Assembly: GCA_963658395.1 (NCBI GenBank)
Contig: CAVKPZ010000003.1
Coordinates: forward strand, 1-43,471
Direction of reading: 5' to 3'
Source: Lachnospiraceae bacterium
Lineage (GTDB): Bacteria > Bacillota_I > Bacilli_A > RFN20 > CAG-826
Length of the DNA: 43,471 bases
Shown here in pieces: positions 33,942 through 42,231 of this stretch (its first letter is position 1; every line of letters starts with the position of its first letter). Below the pieces are notes generated by a model. That model did not search any database and had not been told where the DNA came from. It worked only from the letters and a program-made list of their open reading frames with translations. The position numbers were made by a program, and so were the translations under genes.

Positions 33942-35321
33942 ATGAAAATCATCCAATTCGGGGAAGGCAATTTCCTAAGAACGTTCGTCGATGCCTATTT
34001 CGATGCTTTGAACAAAGAGGGGGCCGGGCAATACGAGGTCGAGATCGTGAAGCCCATCCCCTATGGATCTTTGGAGCAATTCGCGAAGCAAGGGAACCGC
34101 TACCACATCGTTTTGCGAGGGGTGGCGAAAGGAGAAGAGGTGGAGGAGGTTTATGAGATCTCTTCCGTAAAGAAAGCCATCAACCCCTTCTCCGATCAGA
34201 AAGACTTCTATGATTTGGCTTTGGACCCCGAGGTGAAAATCCTTGTCTCCAACACAACCGAAGCGGGGATTTGCTTTCAAAAAGAAGATAAACAAGATGG
34301 TTTTGCGGAGATTTCTTATCCGGCAAAACTCACGAAATGGCTCTATAAGCGTTTCCAGGCAGGCCTCCCGGGGCTTTATTTGTTGCCGGTTGAGCTCATC
34401 GACAGGAACGCGGACGAGCTTCATCGCTGCGTGAACGCCTACATCGATCTCTGGGGCTTGGGAGAAAGTTTCAAGGAGTGGAATGAGACGCAGAATTTCT
34501 ACTGCAACACCTTGGTGGACCGTATCGTCTCCGGATTCCCGCGCGACGAGCAGACAAGGCGCCATCTTTGGAAGCTCATTGGCGAGGAGGATCTCCTCGT
34601 CTCCGTAGGGGAGCCTTTCGGATTATGGGCCGTTGAGGATAAGGGGGAGATCTCCTCTTTCATCAAGGAAGGCCATCATAATATCGACGTCGTCCTGACG
34701 AAGGACATCGCCTATTACAAGAAAAGGAAGGTTCGGGTCCTTAACGGCAGCCACACAAACCTCGTTCCGATCTCCCTTTGGAAAGGCAAGACCACCGTCT
34801 ATGAGGTGATGAAGGGTGAGACGCTATCCGCTTTCGTGGACCAAACCTTGAAGAACGAGATCGTCCCTTATGTAAGCGAGAATCGCGAGGCAACGACGGC
34901 TTTCGCTTCCGAGGTGCGTTCCCGCTTCCTCAACCCCTTCTTGAATCACTTGCTTTCGAGCATTGCCCTAAATTCCGTCTCGAAATGGAGAGCGAGGTGC
35001 CTGCCTTCCTACTTGGACTATTACAATAGCAACGGTTCGCTGCCTCCTTTGCTCACGATTGGCCTCGCTTATCTCGTCGCGATGTATCGCCGTATCGAGA
35101 AAGTGGGCGAGAAGCATCTTTGCCATTTCCCTTGCCTTGACATCGAAGTGAAGGACGAGGAAAGATACCTTGATTATTTCTCTAGCGGGAAGACCATCGC
35201 GGATTTCCTTTCGGATGAGGAAGCTTGGGGGATGAGCCTTGCCTCTTTGCCTGGCCTTTTGGAGAAAGTCACTTCCCTGGTGGAAACGATTGAGCGAGGC
35301 GAGGAGGTCTTTGAGCGATGA
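33942..35321 (+). CDS. uxaB: Tagaturonate reductase (altronate oxidoreductase)
   Basis: Collinear with E. coli UxaB: KIIQFGEGNFLRTFVD, SNTTEAGI, ISYPAKLTKWLYKRF, NTLVDRIVSGFPRDE, YKKRKVRVLNGSHT, RFLNPFLNHLLSSIALNSVSKWR. The track start at 33936 is GTG; ATG 33942 lies 5 nt after GGGAGGG. Confidence 0.9.
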   Translation: MKIIQFGEGNFLRTFVDAYFDALNKEGAGQYEVEIVKPIPYGSLEQFAKQGNRYHIVLRGVAKGEEVEEVYEISSVKKAINPFSDQKDFYDLALDPEVKILVSNTTEAGICFQKEDKQDGFAEISYPAKLTKWLYKRFQAGLPGLYLLPVELIDRNADELHRCVNAYIDLWGLGESFKEWNETQNFYCNTLVDRIVSGFPRDEQTRRHLWKLIGEEDLLVSVGEPFGLWAVEDKGEISSFIKEGHHNIDVVLTKDIAYYKKRKVRVLNGSHTNLVPISLWKGKTTVYEVMKGETLSAFVDQTLKNEIVPYVSENREATTAFASEVRSRFLNPFLNHLLSSIALNSVSKWRARCLPSYLDYYNSNGSLPPLLTIGLAYLVAMYRRIEKVGEKHLCHFPCLDIEVKDEERYLDYFSSGKTIADFLSDEEAWGMSLASLPGLLEKVTSLVETIERGEEVFER

Positions 35322-36718
35322 ACTGTTTTTCCATCAGCCCGAAAGACAACGTCGCCGTGGTCTTAGATAAGGACCAGGCCATCCCTTATGGCCATAAAGT
35401 CGCTTTGCAAGACATCAAAAAAGGCGAATGCGTCATCAAATACGGCTTTCCTATCGGCAGAGCCAAAAGCGACATCAAAAAAGGTGATTGGGTCCATTCC
35501 CACAACCTCGAAAGCCATCTATCCGAAGACTTCTCCTATTCCTACCATCCTAAACTTGCCAATCTTCCAAAACAGCATAGAACCTTCATGGGCTATCCTA
35601 GAAAGTGGGGTTTTGCGGGGATTCGAAACGACATCTACATCATTCCGACCGTCGGCTGTGTGAATGGGGTGTGCAAGGAGCTTGAGAAAAGAGCGAATAA
35701 GCTTGAGCTTGGATCAATTGATGGGGTGTTTGCCCTAACCCATCAGTTCGGCTGCTCGCAGCTAGGCGAGGACCATGCTAACATCGGGAAACTCCTCTCT
35801 TCCCTTGCCCTGAATCCTAACGCCACCTGCGTCCTCTTCGTCGGGCTAGGCTGCGAGAATAACGCAATTGAGGGAATCAAAGAAAGACTAGAGCCCCACC
35901 AAAGGGACAACATCGCCTTCTTCAATTGCCAGGATCAGGAGGATGAGATCTCTTATGGGATGGAAATCTTAAAGGGGTTCATTGATAAGGCGAAGGCGCT
36001 TAAGAGAGTCGAATGTGACTGCGGGGAACTCGTCCTCGGCCTTAAATGCGGAGGCAGCGACGCATTCAGCGGCATCTCCGCCAACCCAACGGTCGGCAAA
36101 ATCTCCGACGCGATTGTTTCTTGCGGAGGGAGCGCGATCCTCACGGAGGTTCCGGAGATGTTCGGCGCGGAACAGATCCTTATGGACAAGTGTGTCTCCG
36201 AAGAGGTCTATGAGAAATACCTTTCTCTGATCTCGAATTTCAAAAAGTATTACACCGATCTCGGCTTTCCGATTTATGAGAACCCTAGCCCGGGCAACAA
36301 GGAAGGCGGCATCACCACCTTGGAGGAGAAGTCGCTTGGCTGCGTCGCCAAAGCGGGCTCCTCGCCGATCGTCGACGTGCTCGATTACGCGGAGTCCTTA
36401 AGGAGAAAGGGGCTGTCCGTGCTAAACGGTCCGGGCAACGATTTGATTGCCGCGACCGCCCTATCCGCCTCGGGCTGCCAAATGATTCTCTTCACCACGG
36501 GGAGAGGGACTCCGTTTAGCTCCCTTGTGCCAACGCTGAAAATCTCTTCCAATGCCCCCCTTGCTAAAAAGAAGAATAATTGGATTGATTTTGACGCTTC
36601 GACGATGGACGCGGATGGACTTCTGTCCATGGTGCTAAGATTAGCTAGCGGCGACTACTACGCCAAAGAGGAAAGCAACCGGGAGATCGCTTTCTTCAAG
36701 AAAGGGGTAACTTTATGA
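35318..36718 (+). CDS. uxaA: Altronate dehydratase
   Basis: Strong collinear match to UxaA: SAF-like N-terminus (GHKVALQDIKKGECVIKYGFPIG), IIPTVGCVNG, THQFGCSQLGEDH, GLGCENN, LKCGGSD, LTEVPEMFGAEQILMD, IYENPSPGNKEGGITTLEEKSLGC, LFTTGRGTP. ATGA overlap with uxaB. Confidence 0.92.
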   Translation: MNCFSISPKDNVAVVLDKDQAIPYGHKVALQDIKKGECVIKYGFPIGRAKSDIKKGDWVHSHNLESHLSEDFSYSYHPKLANLPKQHRTFMGYPRKWGFAGIRNDIYIIPTVGCVNGVCKELEKRANKLELGSIDGVFALTHQFGCSQLGEDHANIGKLLSSLALNPNATCVLFVGLGCENNAIEGIKERLEPHQRDNIAFFNCQDQEDEISYGMEILKGFIDKAKALKRVECDCGELVLGLKCGGSDAFSGISANPTVGKISDAIVSCGGSAILTEVPEMFGAEQILMDKCVSEEVYEKYLSLISNFKKYYTDLGFPIYENPSPGNKEGGITTLEEKSLGCVAKAGSSPIVDVLDYAESLRRKGLSVLNGPGNDLIAATALSASGCQMILFTTGRGTPFSSLVPTLKISSNAPLAKKKNNWIDFDASTMDADGLLSMVLRLASGDYYAKEESNREIAFFKKGVTL

Positions 36719-38094
36719 GCTACTTAACGAAAGACTTCTTACTAACGAACGAGACGGCGAAGAAACTCTACTTCGAGCATGCGAAAAACATGCCGATCTT
36801 TGACTATCATTGTCATCTCTCCGAATACCAGATCCTTGAGAACAAAGAATTCAAGGACATCTTTGAGATGTGGCTTGGCGGGGATCATTACAAGTGGAGG
36901 CTTATGCGCAACTTTGGGGTCGATGAGTCATATATCACCGGCGATAAGCCAAACAAAGAGAAATTCAAAGCCTATTGCAAGACCTTAGGAACAGCCTTTG
37001 GCAATCCTCTTTACCAATGGTCACAGGTAGAGCTTCAGGAATTCTTCCATTGCGACCTTGAAATCAATGAGAAGAACGCGGAGGCGATCTGGGAACAATG
37101 CAATTCTTACATCAAGGAGCATCATCTGACCCCCGTAAGCCTCATCGAGCAATCAAACGTCAAAGCCATCTTCACGACCAACGAGATCTTCGATGATCTC
37201 AAGGTGTTCGATGACATTAAGAAGAAGGGCTACCCCTTCTTGGTCATCCCCGCTTTCCGGGCGGACAAAATCATGAACATCGAGGCGGAGAAATACAACG
37301 ATTTCCTTGCAAAACTCGGCTCGATTGACTCTTTGGATTCCTTGGAAGCTGAAATAGAAAAAAGACTGCAGAACTTCATCAAAGCCGGCTGCGTGGCTTC
37401 CGATACGGCTCTAGAAGGCGTTTATTCCATTGCTTCCAAAGAAGAGGCTGGCAAGGCCTTCAGCAAAAGAAGAAGCGGGGCGAGAGTCTCCGAAAGCGAG
37501 GCCAAGGCCTTCAAGGGCTATCTCACCTATTTCCTTTTAAGGCTTTACGCCAAGTACAACATCCGAAGCGAGCTTCACGTCGGGGCGATGAGAAACAACA
37601 ATACCATTATGCTGGGCAAACTCGGACTTGATACCGGCTACGATTCCATCTCGGAGGACAACAGCGTGAAGAATCTATCGCGCTTGATGGACCGTCTGAA
37701 CGACGAAGGGCATCTCCCTCCGATGATCCTTTTCAACCTGAACCCCAAGATGAATCTCGAATTCATCTCTCTTGCAAGCTGCTTCCAGGATTCGTCTCTG
37801 AAGGGGAAAATCCAATACGGCCCGGCCTGGTGGTTCCTGGATAACAAACCCGGCATGGAGAAGCATTTCTCCGATCTTGCTTCCTGCGGCCATCTCGCCT
37901 CTTTCGTCGGTATGCTCACGGATTCCAGAAGCTTTCTTTCCTATCCTCGGCATCACTATTTCCGCCGCATCCTCTGCAACTACCTTGGAACGATGATCGA
38001 AAGCGGTCAGATGACCTCGGATTTAGAACTTGTTGGTAAAGTGGTGGAGGACATCTCTTTCAATAATGCCTGGGCTTATTTTGGCTTGAAGTAA
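36715..38094 (+). CDS. uxaC: Glucuronate/galacturonate isomerase
   Basis: N-terminus KDFLLTNETAKKLYFEHAKNMPIFDYHCHL matches the UxaC signature; 459 aa; GPAWWFLD motif. ATGA overlap with uxaA. Confidence 0.92.
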   Translation: MSYLTKDFLLTNETAKKLYFEHAKNMPIFDYHCHLSEYQILENKEFKDIFEMWLGGDHYKWRLMRNFGVDESYITGDKPNKEKFKAYCKTLGTAFGNPLYQWSQVELQEFFHCDLEINEKNAEAIWEQCNSYIKEHHLTPVSLIEQSNVKAIFTTNEIFDDLKVFDDIKKKGYPFLVIPAFRADKIMNIEAEKYNDFLAKLGSIDSLDSLEAEIEKRLQNFIKAGCVASDTALEGVYSIASKEEAGKAFSKRRSGARVSESEAKAFKGYLTYFLLRLYAKYNIRSELHVGAMRNNNTIMLGKLGLDTGYDSISEDNSVKNLSRLMDRLNDEGHLPPMILFNLNPKMNLEFISLASCFQDSSLKGKIQYGPAWWFLDNKPGMEKHFSDLASCGHLASFVGMLTDSRSFLSYPRHHYFRRILCNYLGTMIESGQMTSDLELVGKVVEDISFNNAWAYFGLK

Positions 38095-38415
38095 GACATT
38101 TCTCAGAAATTTTGAGCTGATTTTTGATTCCTTTTCTTCAAAAGCTTAAAGGCAGGAGAGAACCCGTCAAACGCTTCCATGAAAAATCGCCAAATACATC
38201 AATTGAACGTTTTCAAGCACAAAAAACGCAGATAAAGACGTAATTTTTCGATTAACTTTGAATATAGCAAAATTCGACAAACAAATCTGACGCTTCTATT
38301 TCGTGCCCCTTTTCTATTTTAGGATTTTGGTGACCGAAAAAGGTCTTTGAACCGCCATTCGTCAAAAGCAATCTATTTTTGCAAAAAGTTTCGCCGAAAT
38401 TAGCCAAATTTCTTT

Positions 38416-38443
38416 TTCATAAAAAGAAAATGCCGTCTATTAT
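38416..38443 (+). promoter_or_regulatory. Putative sigma-A promoter of the MacB-like ABC transporter gene
   Basis: TTCATA (38416-38421), 16-nt spacer, TATTAT (38438-38443). AGGAGG at 38461-38466 and ATG at 38474 lie downstream. Confidence 0.4.
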
Positions 38444-38473
38444 TTGCGTGCTTGCTTCCAAGGAGGACCGCCT

Positions 38474-41269
38474 ATGCTCAAACTAGTCAACATCGTCAAA
38501 GATTACCTTGTGGCAGGTAAGTCCTTCAGAGCGTTAGAAGGCGTAAGCCTTACTTTCCGCGACAACGAGTTCGTTTCAATCCTCGGCCCCAGCGGCTCAG
38601 GCAAGACCACTTTGCTCAACATCATCGGCGGGCTTGACCATTACAGCTCGGGAGATTTGTTCATCGACGGGGTCTCGACGAAAGATTTCTCCGACCGCGA
38701 CTGGGACAATTACCGTAACCACAAGGTCGGTTTCATCTTCCAATCCTATAATCTCATCCCCCATCAAAACGTCCTTCAAAACGTTGAGCTGGCCCTCACC
38801 ATTTCTGGGATCAGCAAGGAGGAGAGGCAACAAAGAGCGATAGAAGCCCTCACTAAAGTGGGACTTGGGGAGATGCTTCATAAGCGCCCAAATCAGCTTT
38901 CAGGCGGTCAATGCCAAAGGGTTGCGATTGCCCGCGCCTTGGTCAACGACCCCTCCATTCTTTTGGCGGATGAGCCTACCGGCGCCCTTGATACGAAGAC
39001 GAGCGTCCAGATCATGGACCTGCTTAAGGAAGTCGCCAAAGACCGTTTAGTCATCATGGTCACCCACAACCCGGAGCTCGCCGAGAGGTACTCTTCGCGC
39101 ATCGTGAAACTCCGGGACGGGGAAATCGAAGAGGACAGCAATCCCTATTCCTTTGAGGAAGAGAAGAAAGAGGCGCCCGTCACCAAGAAAGCCAAACTTT
39201 CCCTTTGGCAGGCTTTCCGCCTCTCCCTGCAAAACCTCGGCTCGAAAGCCAAGCGCACCGCGATGGTCTCTTTCGCCGGAAGTATCGGCATCGTTGGGGT
39301 CTCTTTGGTTCTAGCCATCTCTAGCGGCGTCCAAGGCTACCTTGCCTCAATGCAGGACGACATGCTTTCTGGCAGCCCCGTTTCCATCTCCAGAAGCACC
39401 TTGGACATCGAGTCCTTGCTTTCTAGCACCTCGACTTCCACCCAATCTAGCATCGTCACCAACTCGGTGAAAGAGGGGAAGGTGGATGTTAATTTCATCA
39501 TCGAGCAGCTCATCAAGACCTCGAGGACGACCTCTTCCTCACTGATATCCAACTCCATTACCCAAGGCTATGTCGACTTCCTTAGCGAGATGCCGAAAGA
39601 ATATTACAACGCTTTGTCCTTCTCTTACGGAATCGCCCCTGAGCACAATATCTACACGGATGTGACAATCGATGTCGCTTCTTCCTCTGGCTCGAGCTAC
39701 ACGCAGGAAACCCAGACGCGTTCCCTCTCCTTCATGGAGCAATTTGCAACCTCTATTGTCAGGCAGACGGATTACTCTTCTTATGCGGATCTGGTTTCCA
39801 CATACGGGTCGCCTCTTTCGCAAGGATTAGAGGAAGAGAAATACGTCTTGTCCCAATATGAGTTCGTCGATGGGGGACGCTTCGCCCAAAAGGAAGACGA
39901 GATGGTCCTCGTCCTCAATTCCAAGGACCAAGTCACCGATTTCCAGCTCACGGAGCTTGGCTTCTATTCCCAAGATCAATTCTTGACCGTCATCGACAAG
40001 TTCTCAAAAGACAACGACGAGACCTATTCCTATTCTTACGATTCCTCGATCTTCAAAGACAAATTCACCTTTGAAGAAATCAAGGCGAAGGACTTCTATT
40101 ACTATCCTAATGACGTGATTTATACCCCAAACGCGGCGGTTAAGGCCTATTTGGACGAGGGCACCGTCCCCACAACCGACGACCTTAAGAGGCCTTTTGC
40201 ATACGAATCGATCCGCCAAAGCTCCTGGGGCGAAGGGATGAAGATGAAGATCGTCGGCATCTTGGCCCCGAAATCCGGCGTGAACTACGGCTCTTTGGAA
40301 AGCGGGCTTTATTACACGCCCAAATTCACCGCGCGCTATATGAAAGACAACGTCAACAGCTACTTAGTTGGTCTTTTAAATGCCTATTCCTCGCTTGCTG
40401 GGAGCGATTCGATCACCACGACCTTGACCAAAAACCCCACCAGCGGAGAGACGGAGGGGACGGGCATCTATTATGAGTTCTCCTATTACCTCAAATGGCA
40501 TGAATTCGATAAACCCGTGAGCGATTACGGGATCGTCGGTAGAAGCTCTTCGACCTCTACTTTGCTCAATGCTTTCGCCTCGGCGATGGGCTTAGGTACG
40601 GGCTCAGGCAGAAGCGCCTCGCTTAGCTTGGCTCAAGCAGGGGGCGCTGATGTTCCTACCTCCATTAAGATCTATCCCCTCGATTTCGATTCGAAATACC
40701 TCGTCACGGATTATCTTGATACTTGGAACGCGGAGGGGGATGTCAAGGGGCTTGCTTCCAATGGGAAGGCTTACTATATCTCTTACGCCGAAAGGAAAGA
40801 CACCCCCATCAAATACACGGACACCTTGCAAATTGTCATCTCGATGATCAACACGATCCTCGAAATCGTGACCGCCTCTTTGATCTCTTTCACGGCCCTC
40901 TCGCTTCTGGTGAGCACCGTGATGATCGCCATCATCACCTATGTCTCGGTCATCGAGAGAATCAAGGAAATCGGAGTCATCCGGAGCCTAGGCGGAAGGA
41001 AGAGGGATGTGGCGAACCTCTTCATGGCCGAGACCATCATGGTTGGCCTCTTTTCAGGCGTCGTCGGCATCCTCATCACCTATTTGCTTTCCCTTGTCAC
41101 CAATCTCATCGTTGGCGCCTTTACGGGCGTCTTCACGATTGCTTCCTTGCCCTGGTATCTAGCTCTGCTCATGATCGGGGTTTCCATCCTCCTGACCTCC
41201 ATCTCGGGCATCGTCCCTGCGATGTCAGCGGCGAGAAAAGATCCCGTCACCGCGCTTCGCAGCGAGTGA
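38474..41269 (+). CDS. Fused ABC transporter ATPase + FtsX-type permease (MacB/LolCDE-like)
   Basis: The track start at 38444 is TTG; ATG 38474 lies 7 nt after AGGAGG. Walker A GPSGSGKTT, signature LSGGQCQRVAIARAL, Walker B ILLADEPTGALD, H-loop VTHNP. One TM helix (MVSFAGSIGIVGVSLVLAISSGV), a ~500-aa extracytoplasmic region, then an FtsX-type three-helix bundle (ERIKEIGVIRSLGGRKRDV...PAMSAARKDPVTALRSE). Confidence 0.85.
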   Translation: MLKLVNIVKDYLVAGKSFRALEGVSLTFRDNEFVSILGPSGSGKTTLLNIIGGLDHYSSGDLFIDGVSTKDFSDRDWDNYRNHKVGFIFQSYNLIPHQNVLQNVELALTISGISKEERQQRAIEALTKVGLGEMLHKRPNQLSGGQCQRVAIARALVNDPSILLADEPTGALDTKTSVQIMDLLKEVAKDRLVIMVTHNPELAERYSSRIVKLRDGEIEEDSNPYSFEEEKKEAPVTKKAKLSLWQAFRLSLQNLGSKAKRTAMVSFAGSIGIVGVSLVLAISSGVQGYLASMQDDMLSGSPVSISRSTLDIESLLSSTSTSTQSSIVTNSVKEGKVDVNFIIEQLIKTSRTTSSSLISNSITQGYVDFLSEMPKEYYNALSFSYGIAPEHNIYTDVTIDVASSSGSSYTQETQTRSLSFMEQFATSIVRQTDYSSYADLVSTYGSPLSQGLEEEKYVLSQYEFVDGGRFAQKEDEMVLVLNSKDQVTDFQLTELGFYSQDQFLTVIDKFSKDNDETYSYSYDSSIFKDKFTFEEIKAKDFYYYPNDVIYTPNAAVKAYLDEGTVPTTDDLKRPFAYESIRQSSWGEGMKMKIVGILAPKSGVNYGSLESGLYYTPKFTARYMKDNVNSYLVGLLNAYSSLAGSDSITTTLTKNPTSGETEGTGIYYEFSYYLKWHEFDKPVSDYGIVGRSSSTSTLLNAFASAMGLGTGSGRSASLSLAQAGGADVPTSIKIYPLDFDSKYLVTDYLDTWNAEGDVKGLASNGKAYYISYAERKDTPIKYTDTLQIVISMINTILEIVTASLISFTALSLLVSTVMIAIITYVSVIERIKEIGVIRSLGGRKRDVANLFMAETIMVGLFSGVVGILITYLLSLVTNLIVGAFTGVFTIASLPWYLALLMIGVSILLTSISGIVPAMSAARKDPVTALRSE

Positions 41270-41279
41270 CACGACAACG

Positions 41280-41314
41280 AAAAATGGCGGTTTTGCGTGG
41301 AAATCGCCATTTTT
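41280..41314. terminator. Bidirectional rho-independent terminator between convergent genes
   Basis: AAAAATGGCGGTTT (41280-41293), loop TGCGTGG, AAATCGCCATTTTT (41301-41314). 14-bp stem with one G:T wobble; the A/T flanks serve both strands. Confidence 0.8.
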
Positions 41315-41327
41315 GTTTGCTTGTTTC

Positions 41328-42161
41328 TCAGCAAAGCCCAAGGCTATGCATGAAATAAGGAAGGGCTCTTTCGAACTCCGGGCCGTAGATTTTACCGTCG
41401 ACTTGATCCTCTTCGTTGTAAGAGAGGGCTTTGGAGACATAAAGCGCGGCAAGATGAGCGCTGTCGAAAAGGGAATGGCCCAATAGATAAGAGGAAAGCA
41501 GCGCGCTAGAAAACAAATCGCCTGTCCCGTGCGCGCTCTGACGCGCCTCCTCGAAGAAAGAGGAAATCTTGTCTCCCTCCAAGATGAGGCAGCCTATTTT
41601 CCCTTCCTTCAAGATTCCTGAAAGCACGACTTTCTTAGGGCCAAGGCCAGCGACCTTTTTTATTAGACCTAAAAGGAAATCTTCTTTAGGCTCACCTTCT
41701 GGATAAGGGGTGTCTGCCAAAAGACAGGCTTCGGTGATGTTGGGTTTAGCTAAGTCCGCCTCTTTCATGAGCAGGCGCATCGCCTTCACGTGTTCGGAAG
41801 TGAAACCCGCATAGAGCTTTCCGCCATCCGCGAAGGCGGGATCGACGAAGACGAGGTTCTTCTCGTCGCGGAAGCGATGAATAAAATCTAGCGCCATCGG
41901 CACCTGAGCGGTCGCCAAATATCCGGTATAAATCGCATCGAAAAAAATGTTGTACCCTTCCCATTTTTTTGGGGCTTTCATGAGAGAGGGCAAGGTATCG
42001 GACCAAGTCCAGGAAGGGAAAGCCGTGTGATTGGAAAGCACGGAAGTAGGGAGGCCAACTGCCTCGATGCCCGCGGCACTGATGGTGGGCAAAGCCACCG
42101 TGAGGGAGCACCTGCCTAAGCAGGAATAATCTTGAAGGGAAAGGACGCGTTTCTGTTTCAT
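41328..42161 (-). CDS. pdxK: Pyridoxal/pyridoxamine kinase (ribokinase-fold, PdxK/PdxY type)
   Basis: The track ORF runs to 42374; the conserved protein starts at ATG 42161 (MKQKRVLSLQDYSCLGRCSLTVALPTISAAGIE). FDAIYTGYL, VFVDPAFADGGKLY, ADLAKPNITEA and HGTGDLFSSALL fit the Firmicute pyridoxamine kinase pattern. No clear SD, so the start is less certain. Confidence 0.7.
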   Translation of the reverse strand: MKQKRVLSLQDYSCLGRCSLTVALPTISAAGIEAVGLPTSVLSNHTAFPSWTWSDTLPSLMKAPKKWEGYNIFFDAIYTGYLATAQVPMALDFIHRFRDEKNLVFVDPAFADGGKLYAGFTSEHVKAMRLLMKEADLAKPNITEACLLADTPYPEGEPKEDFLLGLIKKVAGLGPKKVVLSGILKEGKIGCLILEGDKISSFFEEARQSAHGTGDLFSSALLSSYLLGHSLFDSAHLAALYVSKALSYNEEDQVDGKIYGPEFERALPYFMHSLGLC

Positions 42162-42231
42162 GGCGAATAGGCTAGTCCAATTCAGAAGAAAAAGAAAGAA
42201 GATGGACGCTCCCGCGTGATAAAATCGCCTT

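Noticed and set aside
38098-38114. ATTTCTCAGAAATTTTG just after uxaC, considered as the uxa operon terminator.
   Set aside because: It has a 5-bp all-A/T-plus-one-C stem with a 3-nt loop. Its stability is far below that of the other terminators in this window (13-14 bp, GC-rich).
38179-38235. 18-codon ORF MKNRQIHQLNVFKHKKRR in the long intergenic region, considered as a leader peptide or small basic protein.
   Set aside because: There is no Shine-Dalgarno at a usable distance (the nearest GGAGAG is ~19 nt away) and no associated attenuator structure. The length and composition are what chance gives in AT-rich DNA.
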